Part shown: piece by piece, positions 26,036-37,008 of the stretch
Layout of the letters: every line of letters starts with the position of its first letter
How positions within the stretch are numbered: the first letter of the stretch is position 1
Source: Proteromonas lacertae
Taxonomy: Eukaryota
Reading direction: 5' to 3'
DNA: 64,000 nt
NCBI GenBank assembly: GCA_002245135.1
Contig: NGBS01000010.1
Span: 62,001 to 126,000, forward strand
The notes under the pieces: model-generated
The model's database searches: none
What the model saw: only the letters and a program-made list of their open reading frames with translations
What the model was told of the DNA's origin: nothing
Program-made: the position numbers and the translations under genes

Positions 26036-27065
26036 ATGGATTATAAACGAAAAGTGTATAATAGAATCGCTGCAGTAGTAGAAAATGCTAAGACTGTAGA
26101 TAAAACTGAACCTATTACTAACAGTCTTCTTGATGAAGCGTTTTATAAGTATGATGAATTTAAAAACGATGTAATTGAGCTTCATTCTATTTGTATATCA
26201 TGATTATAATATTATATAAATAGCTGTTCCTTTAGTAGAATATCTGAAGAAATGGGAGAGTAGTATATCAAATCTGTCAACTAAAATATACAAACTGTTA
26301 CTTAAAAATGCAAAGAAATACGAAAATGAAAGTGTGGATGATGAGAATTCAGTAAATGTCTATAAATTTGATGATTCTACATCTTTTGATTCATTTTCAA
26401 TCCAAGACGAATTAAAAACAATCGAAACACGATGTAAAAGTATAATTCTAACTCTAGAATCTGAAGTAATATGTGGTTCCAATTATTTAATAACCAAAGT
26501 CTTTCCTGATATTCAAGACAAAATAGACGATCGTGTGATGATAATTCATCAATTTAACACTCATAGAAGACAATTAGCAGCTGTTAAGAATCAACAAGAT
26601 AAAGATAGTCAATTAATTGAAGAATTAGAAGAAACAATCCAATCAGATAGAAGTGATTTGAAGGATTTGAATAATCAATTATATTCGAAATTTCTTGTTG
26701 TTTCTAAACAGCATTATCCTTATCTTAGAACAGAAATAGGTACTACAATAGTATGTATTAAGGATTTATTGAAAGAACTAGAAATATATTTAGATACAAT
26801 AATAAAATCATTTTCAACAATAAAAGGATTAGAAAGTTTTAATACTGAACTTTTACGTGATTATTCTGTGTTAGTATCTGAAAAACCTGTTGATATTGGA
26901 ATAACATTGTGTGAAAGAAAGGCTGGTAATAATACAAGAACTGAATTGTCTTTTACTAAAGGTGATGTCATTCTAGTTTGTGAAAAATATGATGATGGGT
27001 GGGCAAAGGGCATTTTATATGGTTCTACAGGGATATTTCCTATGAACTGTATAAAGTTGTTGTGA
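26036..27065 (+). CDS. BAR/coiled-coil plus C-terminal SH3 protein
   Basis: SH3 motif ELSFTKGDVILV...DDGWAKG...GIFPMNCI; helical N-terminal region; one intron near 26193-26223. Confidence 0.75.
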
Positions 27066-27368
27066 TTATCTCTAAATATTTAATACTTTTATTAATTTAT
27101 ATGCATTTTTTTGAGATTAATAAGGTTTGTGAAATAAGAAGAATAAAATGTTCAAAAAATTATTTAAAAACACAGATATAACAGAATCATCTCATTATGC
27201 AATCAATGTGTATTTATAGGGTTTTAATTAAATCACCAATGTATTCTAATATTCTAAACAATGAAAAAACTTTCTCATTAATAAGAAAATTCAAAAACGA
27301 TAAAATTTAAAAAACATCTTTGATTATCAAGTAAAAGATAACCGAACAGAACCCTCTTTCATTTCAAG

Positions 27369-28432
27369 ATGGCGATGGCTACTGGTGATTTAGATGTTGA
27401 TTCTATCATAGATAAACTATTAGAAGTAAGAGGTGCACGACCTGGCAAACAAGTTTTCCTAACTGAAGATGAAGTAACTCAATTATGTGTTAAAGCCCGT
27501 GATATATTTATGCGTCAACCAATATTATTAGAATTAGAAGCTCCAATTAAAATTTGTGGTATATTTTAAATTTAAAGTAATCGTTACATTTTAATAGGTG
27601 ATACACATGGTCAATATAGCGATTTATTAAGATTATTTGAATATGGAGGATTCCCACCAGAGGCTAACTACTTATTTTTAGGCGATTATGTCGATCGTGG
27701 TAAGCAATCTTTAGAAACTATATGTTTATTGTTTTCATATAAAATCAAATACCCAAAGAACTTCTTTTTATTAAGAGGCAATCACGAATGTGCTTCAATC
27801 AATAGAATATATGGATTTTATGATGAATGTAAGAGAAGATATAATATTAAATTATGGAGAACTTTTACAGATGTTTTCAACTGTTTACCAATCGCTGCAA
27901 TAGTAGATGAAAGAATCTTCGGTATGCATGGTGGTCTTAGTCCAGAATTAAACTCAATGGAACAAATTAAAAAGATAGTAAGACCAACTGATGTACCAGA
28001 GACTGGATTATTATGCGATTTATTATGGGCAGATCCTGATCGTGATATTATGGGATGGGGTGAGAATGATAGAGGTGTATCTTTTACATTTGGACCAGAT
28101 GTCGTAACAAAGTTCCTTAAAGAACATGATTTAGATTTAATATGTAGAGCGCATCAAGTGGTAGAAGATGGTTATGAATTCTTTGCTAAAAGACAATTAG
28201 TTACGGTATTTTCAGCTCCTAACTATTGTGGTGAGTTTGATAATGCTGGAGCTATGATGAGTATTGATGAAAGCTTAATGTGTTCATTCCAAGTATAATT
28301 ATATATATATATAAATGTTAATTTATATAGATTTTACGTCCAAGTGAAAAGAAGAAGAAAGCTGGTACTGGTGCACCATCACAAACACCAGGACCCAATG
28401 TTAGAAGAGCTGGAACACCACCCAAAGCATAA
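27369..28432 (+). CDS. PP1: Serine/threonine protein phosphatase PP1 catalytic subunit
   Basis: [55 protein letters not shown]; two short introns. Confidence 0.97.
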
Positions 28433-28619
28433 ACCTTTAGTCTTTGATTAATAGAAAAAAAATCTAATTCAGTTTTTAAAGTAATTTTATTGATAATAAA
28501 ATATTCTATTATTATTATTATTATTATTATAAGTATAAATGTTTTATTTTCTTGGAGAATGAAATCCCAACAAAACAGAAATTTTAATTTACTTTCATTG
28601 ACTTAATAATATGTAAAAT

Positions 28620-30101
28620 CTACTTTTGTACGTAGTTAGGTAAAACTAAGTTCTCTGGTACTAAGATAGAATCAACTTCAGCTCTTGTTAATAATTTTTG
28701 TTCAACTAAAACATCACCTACAGCCTTATTCTGTTTCAATGCTAATTTAGCAGCTTTAGTACAGTTCTTGTAACCAATCTTTGGTAATAAGCAAGTAACA
28801 ATACCAATGGAATTCTTAACCATCTCATAACATCTTTCTTTATTAGCTGTAATACCATCAATACATTTTGTTCTTAAAGTTCTCATAGCTCTTTCTAACA
28901 TGTTGACTGAATTGAAACAATTGTAAATAATAACAGGTTCCATAACATTCAATTCTAATTGTCCAGCTTCAGAAGCCATTGTGACTGTATGATCATTACC
29001 AATAACTTGGAAACAGGTTTGATTGACTACTTCTGGAATAACTGGATTGACTTTACCAGGCATAATGGAAGATCCTGGAGCCATAGCTGGAAGATTGATT
29101 TCATTCAAACCACATCGTGGACCTGATGACATTAATCTCAAATCATTACATACTTGACTTAACTTTACAGCAATTCTCTTTAAAATACCATGTAAATATA
29201 GCATAGTACCTGTTGAGGAAGAAGCAGCAATTAAATTATCAGCTAATTCAATGTTTAATCCAGTAATTGCACGTAATTTTGGAATGACTTTTTGACTGAA
29301 TTGAGGATGAGCAGCTGTTTGTGTACCAATTGCAGTTCCACCTAAATTGACAATAGTTAAACGATTTAAGGCACTATTCAATAAACTTAAATCACTTTCA
29401 ATTGTTCTAGCATAACCATCGAATTCTTGCTTCATTGTCATTGGAACAGCATCTTGTAATTGGGTTCTTCCCATCTTAATTACATCAGCGAATTCATTAC
29501 CTTTGTTTCTTAGAGCAGCAATTAATAATCTCATTTCTTTTACTAATGCTTCGTGTTGTAAGGCAATACCTAATTTAGCTGAGCTTGGGTATGAATCATT
29601 GGTAGATTGACACTTGTTGACGTGATCATTTGGTGAGATGTAAGTATATTCACCTTTTGGATGACCTGTAATTTCTAAAGCTCTATTACAGATGACTTCA
29701 TTGGCATTCATGTTTGTTGAAGTTCCAGCACCTCCTTGAATCATATCAATGACAAATTGATCATGGAACTTACCAGAGATGATTTCATCACAAGCTTGCT
29801 CAATAGCTTTACCAATGTCTTTTGAGAATAAGCCAATTTCTACATTAGCTTGACAGCATGCTTTTTTAACCATGGCAAATGCAATAATGAAATTTGGGAA
29901 GTGGTTTAATTTCACTCCAGTGATTCCATAGTTCTCCATACCTCTCATTGTTTGAACACCAAAGTATTTGTCATTTGGGATTTCTTTTTCACCGATTAAA
30001 TCGCTTTCAATACGGGTTGATGCTAATCTAATAGGACAACCTCTTTGTAATGAACGTCTTACGATTAATTTGGATACGTTGGCGATTCTGCTAAGGGACA
30101 T
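28620..30101 (-). CDS. aspA: Aspartate ammonia-lyase (aspartase) with N-terminal mitochondrial-type presequence
   Basis: GSSIMPGKVNP signature; aspartase-type QGGAGTSTNMNANEV and GRTQLQDAVP; R/S/L-rich, acid-free leader MSLSRIANVSKLIVRRSLQRG; intronless CDS. Confidence 0.9.
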   Translation of the reverse strand: MSLSRIANVSKLIVRRSLQRGCPIRLASTRIESDLIGEKEIPNDKYFGVQTMRGMENYGITGVKLNHFPNFIIAFAMVKKACCQANVEIGLFSKDIGKAIEQACDEIISGKFHDQFVIDMIQGGAGTSTNMNANEVICNRALEITGHPKGEYTYISPNDHVNKCQSTNDSYPSSAKLGIALQHEALVKEMRLLIAALRNKGNEFADVIKMGRTQLQDAVPMTMKQEFDGYARTIESDLSLLNSALNRLTIVNLGGTAIGTQTAAHPQFSQKVIPKLRAITGLNIELADNLIAASSSTGTMLYLHGILKRIAVKLSQVCNDLRLMSSGPRCGLNEINLPAMAPGSSIMPGKVNPVIPEVVNQTCFQVIGNDHTVTMASEAGQLELNVMEPVIIYNCFNSVNMLERAMRTLRTKCIDGITANKERCYEMVKNSIGIVTCLLPKIGYKNCTKAAKLALKQNKAVGDVLVEQKLLTRAEVDSILVPENLVLPNYVQK

Positions 30102-30105
30102 TGAT

Positions 30106-30174
30106 CTATAAAATAAAATAGTATAAAATTAAAGCAAAATAGCAATAAAATAACAGCAGTAAATATAAAAATAC
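30106..30174 (-). other. Probable 5'-UTR intron of aspA (69 nt)
   Basis: GTATTTTT...TTTATAG on the minus strand, ending 4 nt before the ATG. Confidence 0.55.
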
Positions 30175-30636
30175 TTAAAGATTTTTGAAAAGATATTAGT
30201 TCTACGATTACTACGTTTTTAGGCTTGAGGTTCGGTATTTTCAAAACTTTATTTTGAGAATAACGGAATTGTTAGATGACCAAAGAGTGAATGGACGAAT
30301 CCAATCTTTATTGCATGGGAAACCACTATAAGATAGTAAAAAAGTGTATAAAATAGGAACACAAATGACTATTTTTTTGAAAGGATGAAATATATTTCTA
30401 TTATCATTATAATACTACAGTAGAATTGATAAATGTATTTCTTTTGTGATTAAACTTCTTAAATTTTGAAATATACTAAGAAATATACAATTTGGTTTTA
30501 AAATGTTTAACAATACATAAAAAGATATTTATTTAAATCTTAATTTAATATGCGCTTTAATAAAGAAGATAAAGAAAAAAGAAAAATAATGGTTTGTTAA
30601 GTTCAAACTTTTTTTCGTTTTTAATTTGAAAATTCA

Positions 30637-33234
30637 ATGCATCCTACTTGTATAAGCACAATGGTAATGTTGTATAGTTAAAAAAGTAACTAGAAGAGAA
30701 AGTAAATTGAGTCCGATACTTTTAAAATCCAGAGTAGAGAGTCTAGTATAGATTTCTTCTATCTATTGATATTTTAGGTGAAAGAAGTATCCAAAAAGAA
30801 TGGTACATGTTATAATACAATAATGAATCAATATAGTTGTTATTTAAATGATGTATTAGATCTCTCTATAATAAAACATAGTTGGACGAAAAATACAAAA
30901 ATTTATCTCAATATAGACTAGTATGAATAAGCTTAGATTATTATTATTATTGTTATATAGGAAACAACAGAATTTGAAAGAAAACAAGAATACTATGAGT
31001 TATATCACGATACATTGAATCAAATGGGTGAAGTTATATATTGTGAAGATTTACCATTTGGTGAATTTAATTTCAAGGTAATAAATGCTTTAGATGAATT
31101 AGTAAGATCGTTATTCATCACAATTCATGATTTAAAAGAAGAAATAAAAAGCAATGAATCAAAAAGTGTAGTTGATACTTCCAATGAAAATTATTATTAC
31201 ACACAATTCATTAATACACAAGAGAAATATGAAAAGTTAAGAAAAGTAGAAAATGAGTTAAGAACTACATTATATGATTGTCAAAATCAAATAATTCAAT
31301 TAACATCCAGTGAATCAAACCAAACCAATAAAAATGTATAGAAATTCTATTAATATTAATATTATAGAAAGAAATTGAATTATTAAAAGCCAAGTTAAAG
31401 ACATTACAAAACAGTTATTCTTCTGCGAGTGACAATATTATTAAATTAGACACTGAAGTGAAGAAATGGAGAGAGAAATACCCAGCAGATGTAGTAAAAA
31501 TGGCAGAGACAGGAAATATTGACGAAGATAAAGATTTATTCAAAATGGATGAATTAAAGAAAGAAGCAAATATGCTACAAACCAAATTAGATGATAGTTT
31601 AGTGAAATTATATGATAATTATGAAGAAGATGAAGGAGATGATGATTTAGATATTACATTCGATTTTGAATTAACCCAACAACCAGTTATTGAAGAAATG
31701 CCTGTAGTTGAAACAAATGATAAAGTATTAGCAGTTGTTAAAGATAGTAAAATCAGTCGATTTGCAGAGATGAATAACCAAAGTGTGAATATTGGTTTTG
31801 CAAAAGGAGTAAGTTATAAAGATATATTTAAAATAAGAGGTGATATTGAAGAATTATTCACTTATATTGTATATATTATATTTAATTTTAATATAGAAAA
31901 ATTCCGATGAAAGTTGCGATTTATTAAGAAAAGAAAGAAGAGAATTCAATGAATTAATAATTAACAAATTCTTAGAGAATAATGGAGGAATATACAAGAA
32001 AAGTCGAGATGAGATAAGGCAGTTAATTAATAATATATATAATTATAAACATATTGATTTATTAATAAAAATATTTGATAATTTAATGGATGAAGAATGG
32101 GGAAGAGATGAGTTGAATATTTATTTTTATGTCACAGATTTAATCAATAAAGTTCCTTATGGAAAGATATACAAATCGGAGAATAACTATCTTTACTTAG
32201 ATCGATTAAGATCTGAAGTATTGATTAGAAGAATAGCTAAAGATTTGAATCTCTGTGGAGTTATCGATAATGTGAATAGTAGTAAGAAAAAGAGAAGAGT
32301 AACTGAGTATAGACCAATGATTATAGATCCAGCAACACCAATATTGAACAAAATGGAATTAACGAAAGATAGTGATGAGAATTGGCATATTGGATGTGAT
32401 CAATTCATTTACAATATAATTGAAATATATCACAGTGAATTTAATACTTTAGTTTATTCAATTAAAGATAAATTCATTCAGACTAGATCTATTAAGTTGA
32501 GAAAGAAACAGTTGAAATTAAAACCAAATGAATTGACTATTAAAGAAAATCAATTTCAACCCTTTTTAAAATCTGTTTTGTTTAATAAACCAATACCTCC
32601 TTCTGGTTTAATTCGTTTACAGATTTCTTCGTGTAATGAAACACATACAATAGATAATATAAACACTGATAATGTTATTAAACCAACAGTATTTATATAT
32701 ATATATAATAATAATAATTTTATATTTTATATTCTCTCTCTTTTTCTCTCTCTAATTATCTTTTTTTTCTAATAGCAAATCACATTTGGAGCTGTGTTGA
32801 ATGTACTATATGGTAATAGTTTATTGTTAACTATACCAAAAATAGTGAATTTAAACGATGAATATATTCTACCAATACCTTCAATAGATCAATATTATGA
32901 TGAAATAGCAGCTAATGGCAATAAAGCATGTGAATTACTCTCAAATATAATGAAAATAGAAGAGAATACTTTTATCAAAAATGAATTTGAAATATTATTA
33001 CTTAGATATAAGAAATCAGTTTCAAAGCGTTGTGGAATATTAGAAAGTGTGAATAGCTTAAGGAATTTGATGCTTCTACTGTATGAATATAAAGTGAAAA
33101 GAAATTCATTCGAAAATGAAAAGTATAGTTTAGATCTGTTAAAGAATGAATTTATGAAATTATATGAGTATTTATTTTATATTAATTGATTATCCTATGA
33201 TGTTAATAGGCTCTTAATGATTTTTCCTAACTAA
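30637..33234 (+). CDS. Hypothetical multi-exon coiled-coil protein
   Basis: ORFs 31015-31341, 31458-31910, 32086-32772 and 32794-33189 can be linked through GT-AG introns from ATG at 30637; no family recognised. Confidence 0.55.
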
Positions 33235-33507
33235 ATTTTAGACATTAGTGCATATTGTATTTAATAATTATTCTTTGCTGTTCAGTATTGTTGTTTATGA
33301 TGTTTAGACTATTGTATATCCCTAAAGAGGATATAGTACTAAATTTAATAATTTCTATGTCGAAATATGGGCCCTACTCTATCTAATATTTCTGCAAAAT
33401 ATCAAGTTGATTTACCTTTTGTTAACAGAAATGAAAAATAATTTCACAAAAAGTTTCTACGGTTTCCACACTGAAATTTTTGCATTTTAAATTTTGAACG
33501 ATTTAGC

Positions 33508-34830
33508 ATGCAACTTAACTATGTATATCATCAGTTATAATTTTTAGAGAATTAACAATCACTCTGAAGTGTTTCCAGATTATTTGAACTCATTACCTTT
33601 ATCCCCTTTGGACAGAGACGCACCTGAAGATGTTAGAAACAGAATTCTCACAATAGCTAAATCGTTACAAGAAGCATCTAACGATAACGTATTCATTGAA
33701 GAATCTTTCGATTTGATTGAATTCTGTAAGAAGTATATAGCTGAGCATGATCCACAAGATGTATAAAATTGATTAATATATGTATCGTATAGTCTTTCTC
33801 AATAATAAACTTTGGTGACATTATTCGTAGGCTTCAGAGATTTAAAGAGTGTTACAACAATGTAGCAGGATATTTCTCATTACAAAATCACTGTGATATC
33901 AAAACACTTAACGTCATTCAACAAATTGGTGTAGAATTCGAGATAACAACAAAGAAACAAATTCCATTAATGAGCCAATTAAATGTAGAAAAGGATCATA
34001 CAATTTTAGACACTTGCTCCTCAAGATCTGTTGATTCTATCAGATCTTCAATAAATGCCAAAGCTATATTCACAGCTGGTAGTAGAAAACAAATAGATCA
34101 ATTAGTGTCTGTGGATAGTCGCAAATGTAAAATGCTTGTATGTTATTCTATCAGCGATGATGTTGAAGATAATGGATTAGATGAGACTGAATGTATGGAG
34201 TTGTTAAATGATAGTGATTTAATCAATACATTGAACAATGCAGATAGTTTCTTAGGGTATTACTTTAATCCTACAAAATTAGATGATTTTGATGGATTAT
34301 GTCGATTACTCAATTATACAGAGTCAAAGAATATTAATATTAAATATGTGTATATAGGTAATTCATTTTTAATCATGAATCATAAAGAAAATGTAGAAAA
34401 CAAGATAATTAAAAGAATTGAAGAAATCTCTACAAAATATAACGTCAAATTCAAAGCTGATGTATCTGATTATATTCTAAGAAATACAAGTTATTTAATC
34501 ACTCAAATCACAGGGAAAAGAATAAGAAATAACATTGCTTATTTGTATTTAAATGATGGTGTTTATGGATCACTCCATGATTGCGTGTTTGATGAGAAGA
34601 GTGCATTGACCGTTGAAGCTATACATAGTGCTGGAAATCCTGATAAAACCTACAATACTACCTTGTTTGGACCAACTTGTGATAGTATTGATACTATAAT
34701 ATCTGGTATTGAACTGCCTGATATGAATATTGGTGATTGGATGTGTATTTATGGAAGTGATTATTGTCCAAACACAGCTACGACATTTAATTCTTTCCGT
34801 TCTAGCTCAGTAGTATATTTATTCTGTTAA
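33508..34830 (+). CDS. Ornithine decarboxylase-like pseudoenzyme lacking the PLP lysine
   Basis: ODC fold motifs YLNDGVYGS, FGPTCDSID, IGDW and TTFNSF are present. GYFSLQNH sits where ODC has PFYAVKCN. Two introns (25 and 32 nt). Confidence 0.8.
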
Positions 34831-34953
34831 AATAGATTTAATTTTACTAATATCATATTTTGTATCTAATTATTATGTTGATTGTGAAGATAGATGAAGA
34901 GAATTGAGTTTTAATAGATCAAACAAGTTTGAGATTTTATCATCATTTTTTTC

Positions 34954-35716
34954 ATGTCTACAACACAAGAAGTAATTATTTATATGCATAATATATTATA
35001 GAAGTTTGTATCTTTCAAGAAAAGTCAAGATCAAAATGCTAGGAATATAATAGAAAATATATTACCAAAGAAAATAAAGTTATTACACCAGAAAACAAAA
35101 GTATTATATAATATATTTAAAAATAGGAATTGATGGTTGATATTCCTAAATTTGAACCAATTGCGGTTTCTGAACAGCCAAATACAGAATGCAATGAAGT
35201 ATATAAAATATAAAATATATATTAGAAAGTTTTAAACCTAAGTCATTTTATTCAACAAGAAGTTTTAGAATACAGATCTATATTGTCTTCTTTACAGTAT
35301 CGTCACATTTTAATACTTTAATTATTTTTAGATTGTGGATAAACTTCCATGTACCAAAAATAGAAGAAGAAGACCACAAAAGAATTGATAAAATAAGTGA
35401 AATATTAACTCTCATAACAATTGAATTGTTAGGTTGTAATGGTTATTTATCTCAATATTTAAACTATTATTTAGCTAGAGCTAAACTGCTTTTACTTGTA
35501 TTTATATATATTATCTAATCGTAGAATGAACAATACCCATTTATTCATGGTTTTATAAAAACGAAGGATATTCTTGATTTAAAATTCTACAGATCATATG
35601 TAAATTGTGTGAGAGAAATTAGAAATAGTTATTGTGTTTTGTATGAGAATTTGATAAATAATTATGATAATGTTATAACACCAGAACATCCAAGAGAATG
35701 GACAACTTTATATTAA
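34954..35716 (+). CDS. Proteasome activator PA28/REG family subunit
   Basis: Spliced product contains ILPKKIKLL, LWINFHVPKIEE, YYLARAKL, VREIRNSYCVLYE and NYDNVITP...TLY; five short introns. Confidence 0.8.
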
Positions 35717-35865
35717 CTATATATAAATTTATTGTTATTTTGTTCCTATGTTGTTTAATTAGGGTATAAAATTATTTTGAAAGAAATTGTTGAAAGTGTT
35801 TGAAATAGTTTTAGTTTATATAAGGAATTTAGTATATATTTCTCTTCTTTTCGATTTTTTTTAAA

Positions 35866-36873
35866 ATGAACAGATCTATTTTATTTATCGCTATTTTATT
35901 TATTTCATGTATTACAGCATCTTTTATTCTTATAGATTCTCAATCAATATCCATAGATTCAGTTAATCTTTTCACTGCTTGGAATACAGCTCAAATGACG
36001 GCTATTAGTCATGGTCTTTTGAAAAAGCTGAATGATAAATACCCTTTAGTCAAAGGCAAAACTGTTTATACATGTACTCCTCATTCTAGTTTTTATTCTT
36101 ACCCTTCTGCATCAAATGCAACAGGTTCATTGAAACACTTGCTGGAAGTATATTAATTGTTTTTTAAAAATATAGACAAGAGAATTATTAGCTGGTGGAA
36201 TTGAATTTGATTTAATAGATGGGAATTATTCAGCCAATCCTCCAACAGGATTTTGGCCAGAGTATTTACAAGCAGTAGTAGATGAATTAAATAATCATTA
36301 TTTCCCAAACGATGCAAATAAAATCAAAATTACACACAAACTATATGGATCAGATTCAGATCGATGTATAGATGAGTTACAGAAAGGTAATATTCATTTA
36401 CTACAACCATATTTCGTTATTGGAGCGTTTTATCAAGAAGCACCAAGATCTGAAAAGACAAGAGTAGGATGTACAAGCTTAGGGTTTGAGAGTCAATTTG
36501 AAGTGTTATTATCCACTGGAGTAACAGATGTGAAATCTTTGTATGATTATTTAATGAAGTTTGATATATCTTTTTTTTTTTAAGTCTAATTTTTATACTT
36601 TTTAGTTTGTGTTTTAATTCAATTTCTTTTTACCAGGATGATAGAGCAATTGGAGCATTATCAAAGGGTGATTATTTTGCAGCTGAAGCAATCCTTCCAC
36701 CATCATTTTATACATTATTCAAATCATATCAAGATATTATAGTTGCTTTAAAGAATGGTCAAATAAAAGCATCAATAACATCAACAACTCCACAAGAAGA
36801 TAATGAAATAAAGATATTTGGAAGTGAGGTAGTTTCACCAAGAGCAGCTTTATTCCCTAAAGAAGTTTGTTAA
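35866..36873 (+). CDS. Secreted type-2 periplasmic-binding-protein-like (amino-acid-binding fold) protein
   Basis: Signal peptide; GSLKHLLE-TRELLAG, PTGFWPEYLQAVVDEL, CIDELQKGNIHL and DIIVALKNGQIKA resemble PBP2/SBP_bac_3 motifs. Confidence 0.6.
36566..36633 (+). other. U12-type AT-AC intron (68 nt)
   Basis: TTT GAT|ATATCTTTTT...GTTTTAAT...TTTTTAC|CAG GAT; phase 0, restores the frame. Confidence 0.7.
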
Positions 36874-37008
36874 AGTTTATTATTGAATATTTATTATGTA
36901 GTTTTTATTAAAATTAAATGATTATTTTCATTTTATAAAAACAAAAAATAATTATAATAAAAACTTAAGTTATTAACTAAACTAAAAACATTAAATATAT
37001 TTTCTCTC

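Noticed and set aside
33431..33490. 19-codon uORF before the ODC-like gene (possible polyamine control)
   Set aside because: It overlaps the putative promoter zone, lacks a recognisable stalling motif, and such ORFs arise by chance; no evidence it is transcribed.
33541..33570. Antizyme-like +1 frameshift site (CTC TGA) upstream of the ODC-like ORF
   Set aside because: A 25-nt intron from ATG 33508 gives a continuous frame; the TGA is out of frame.
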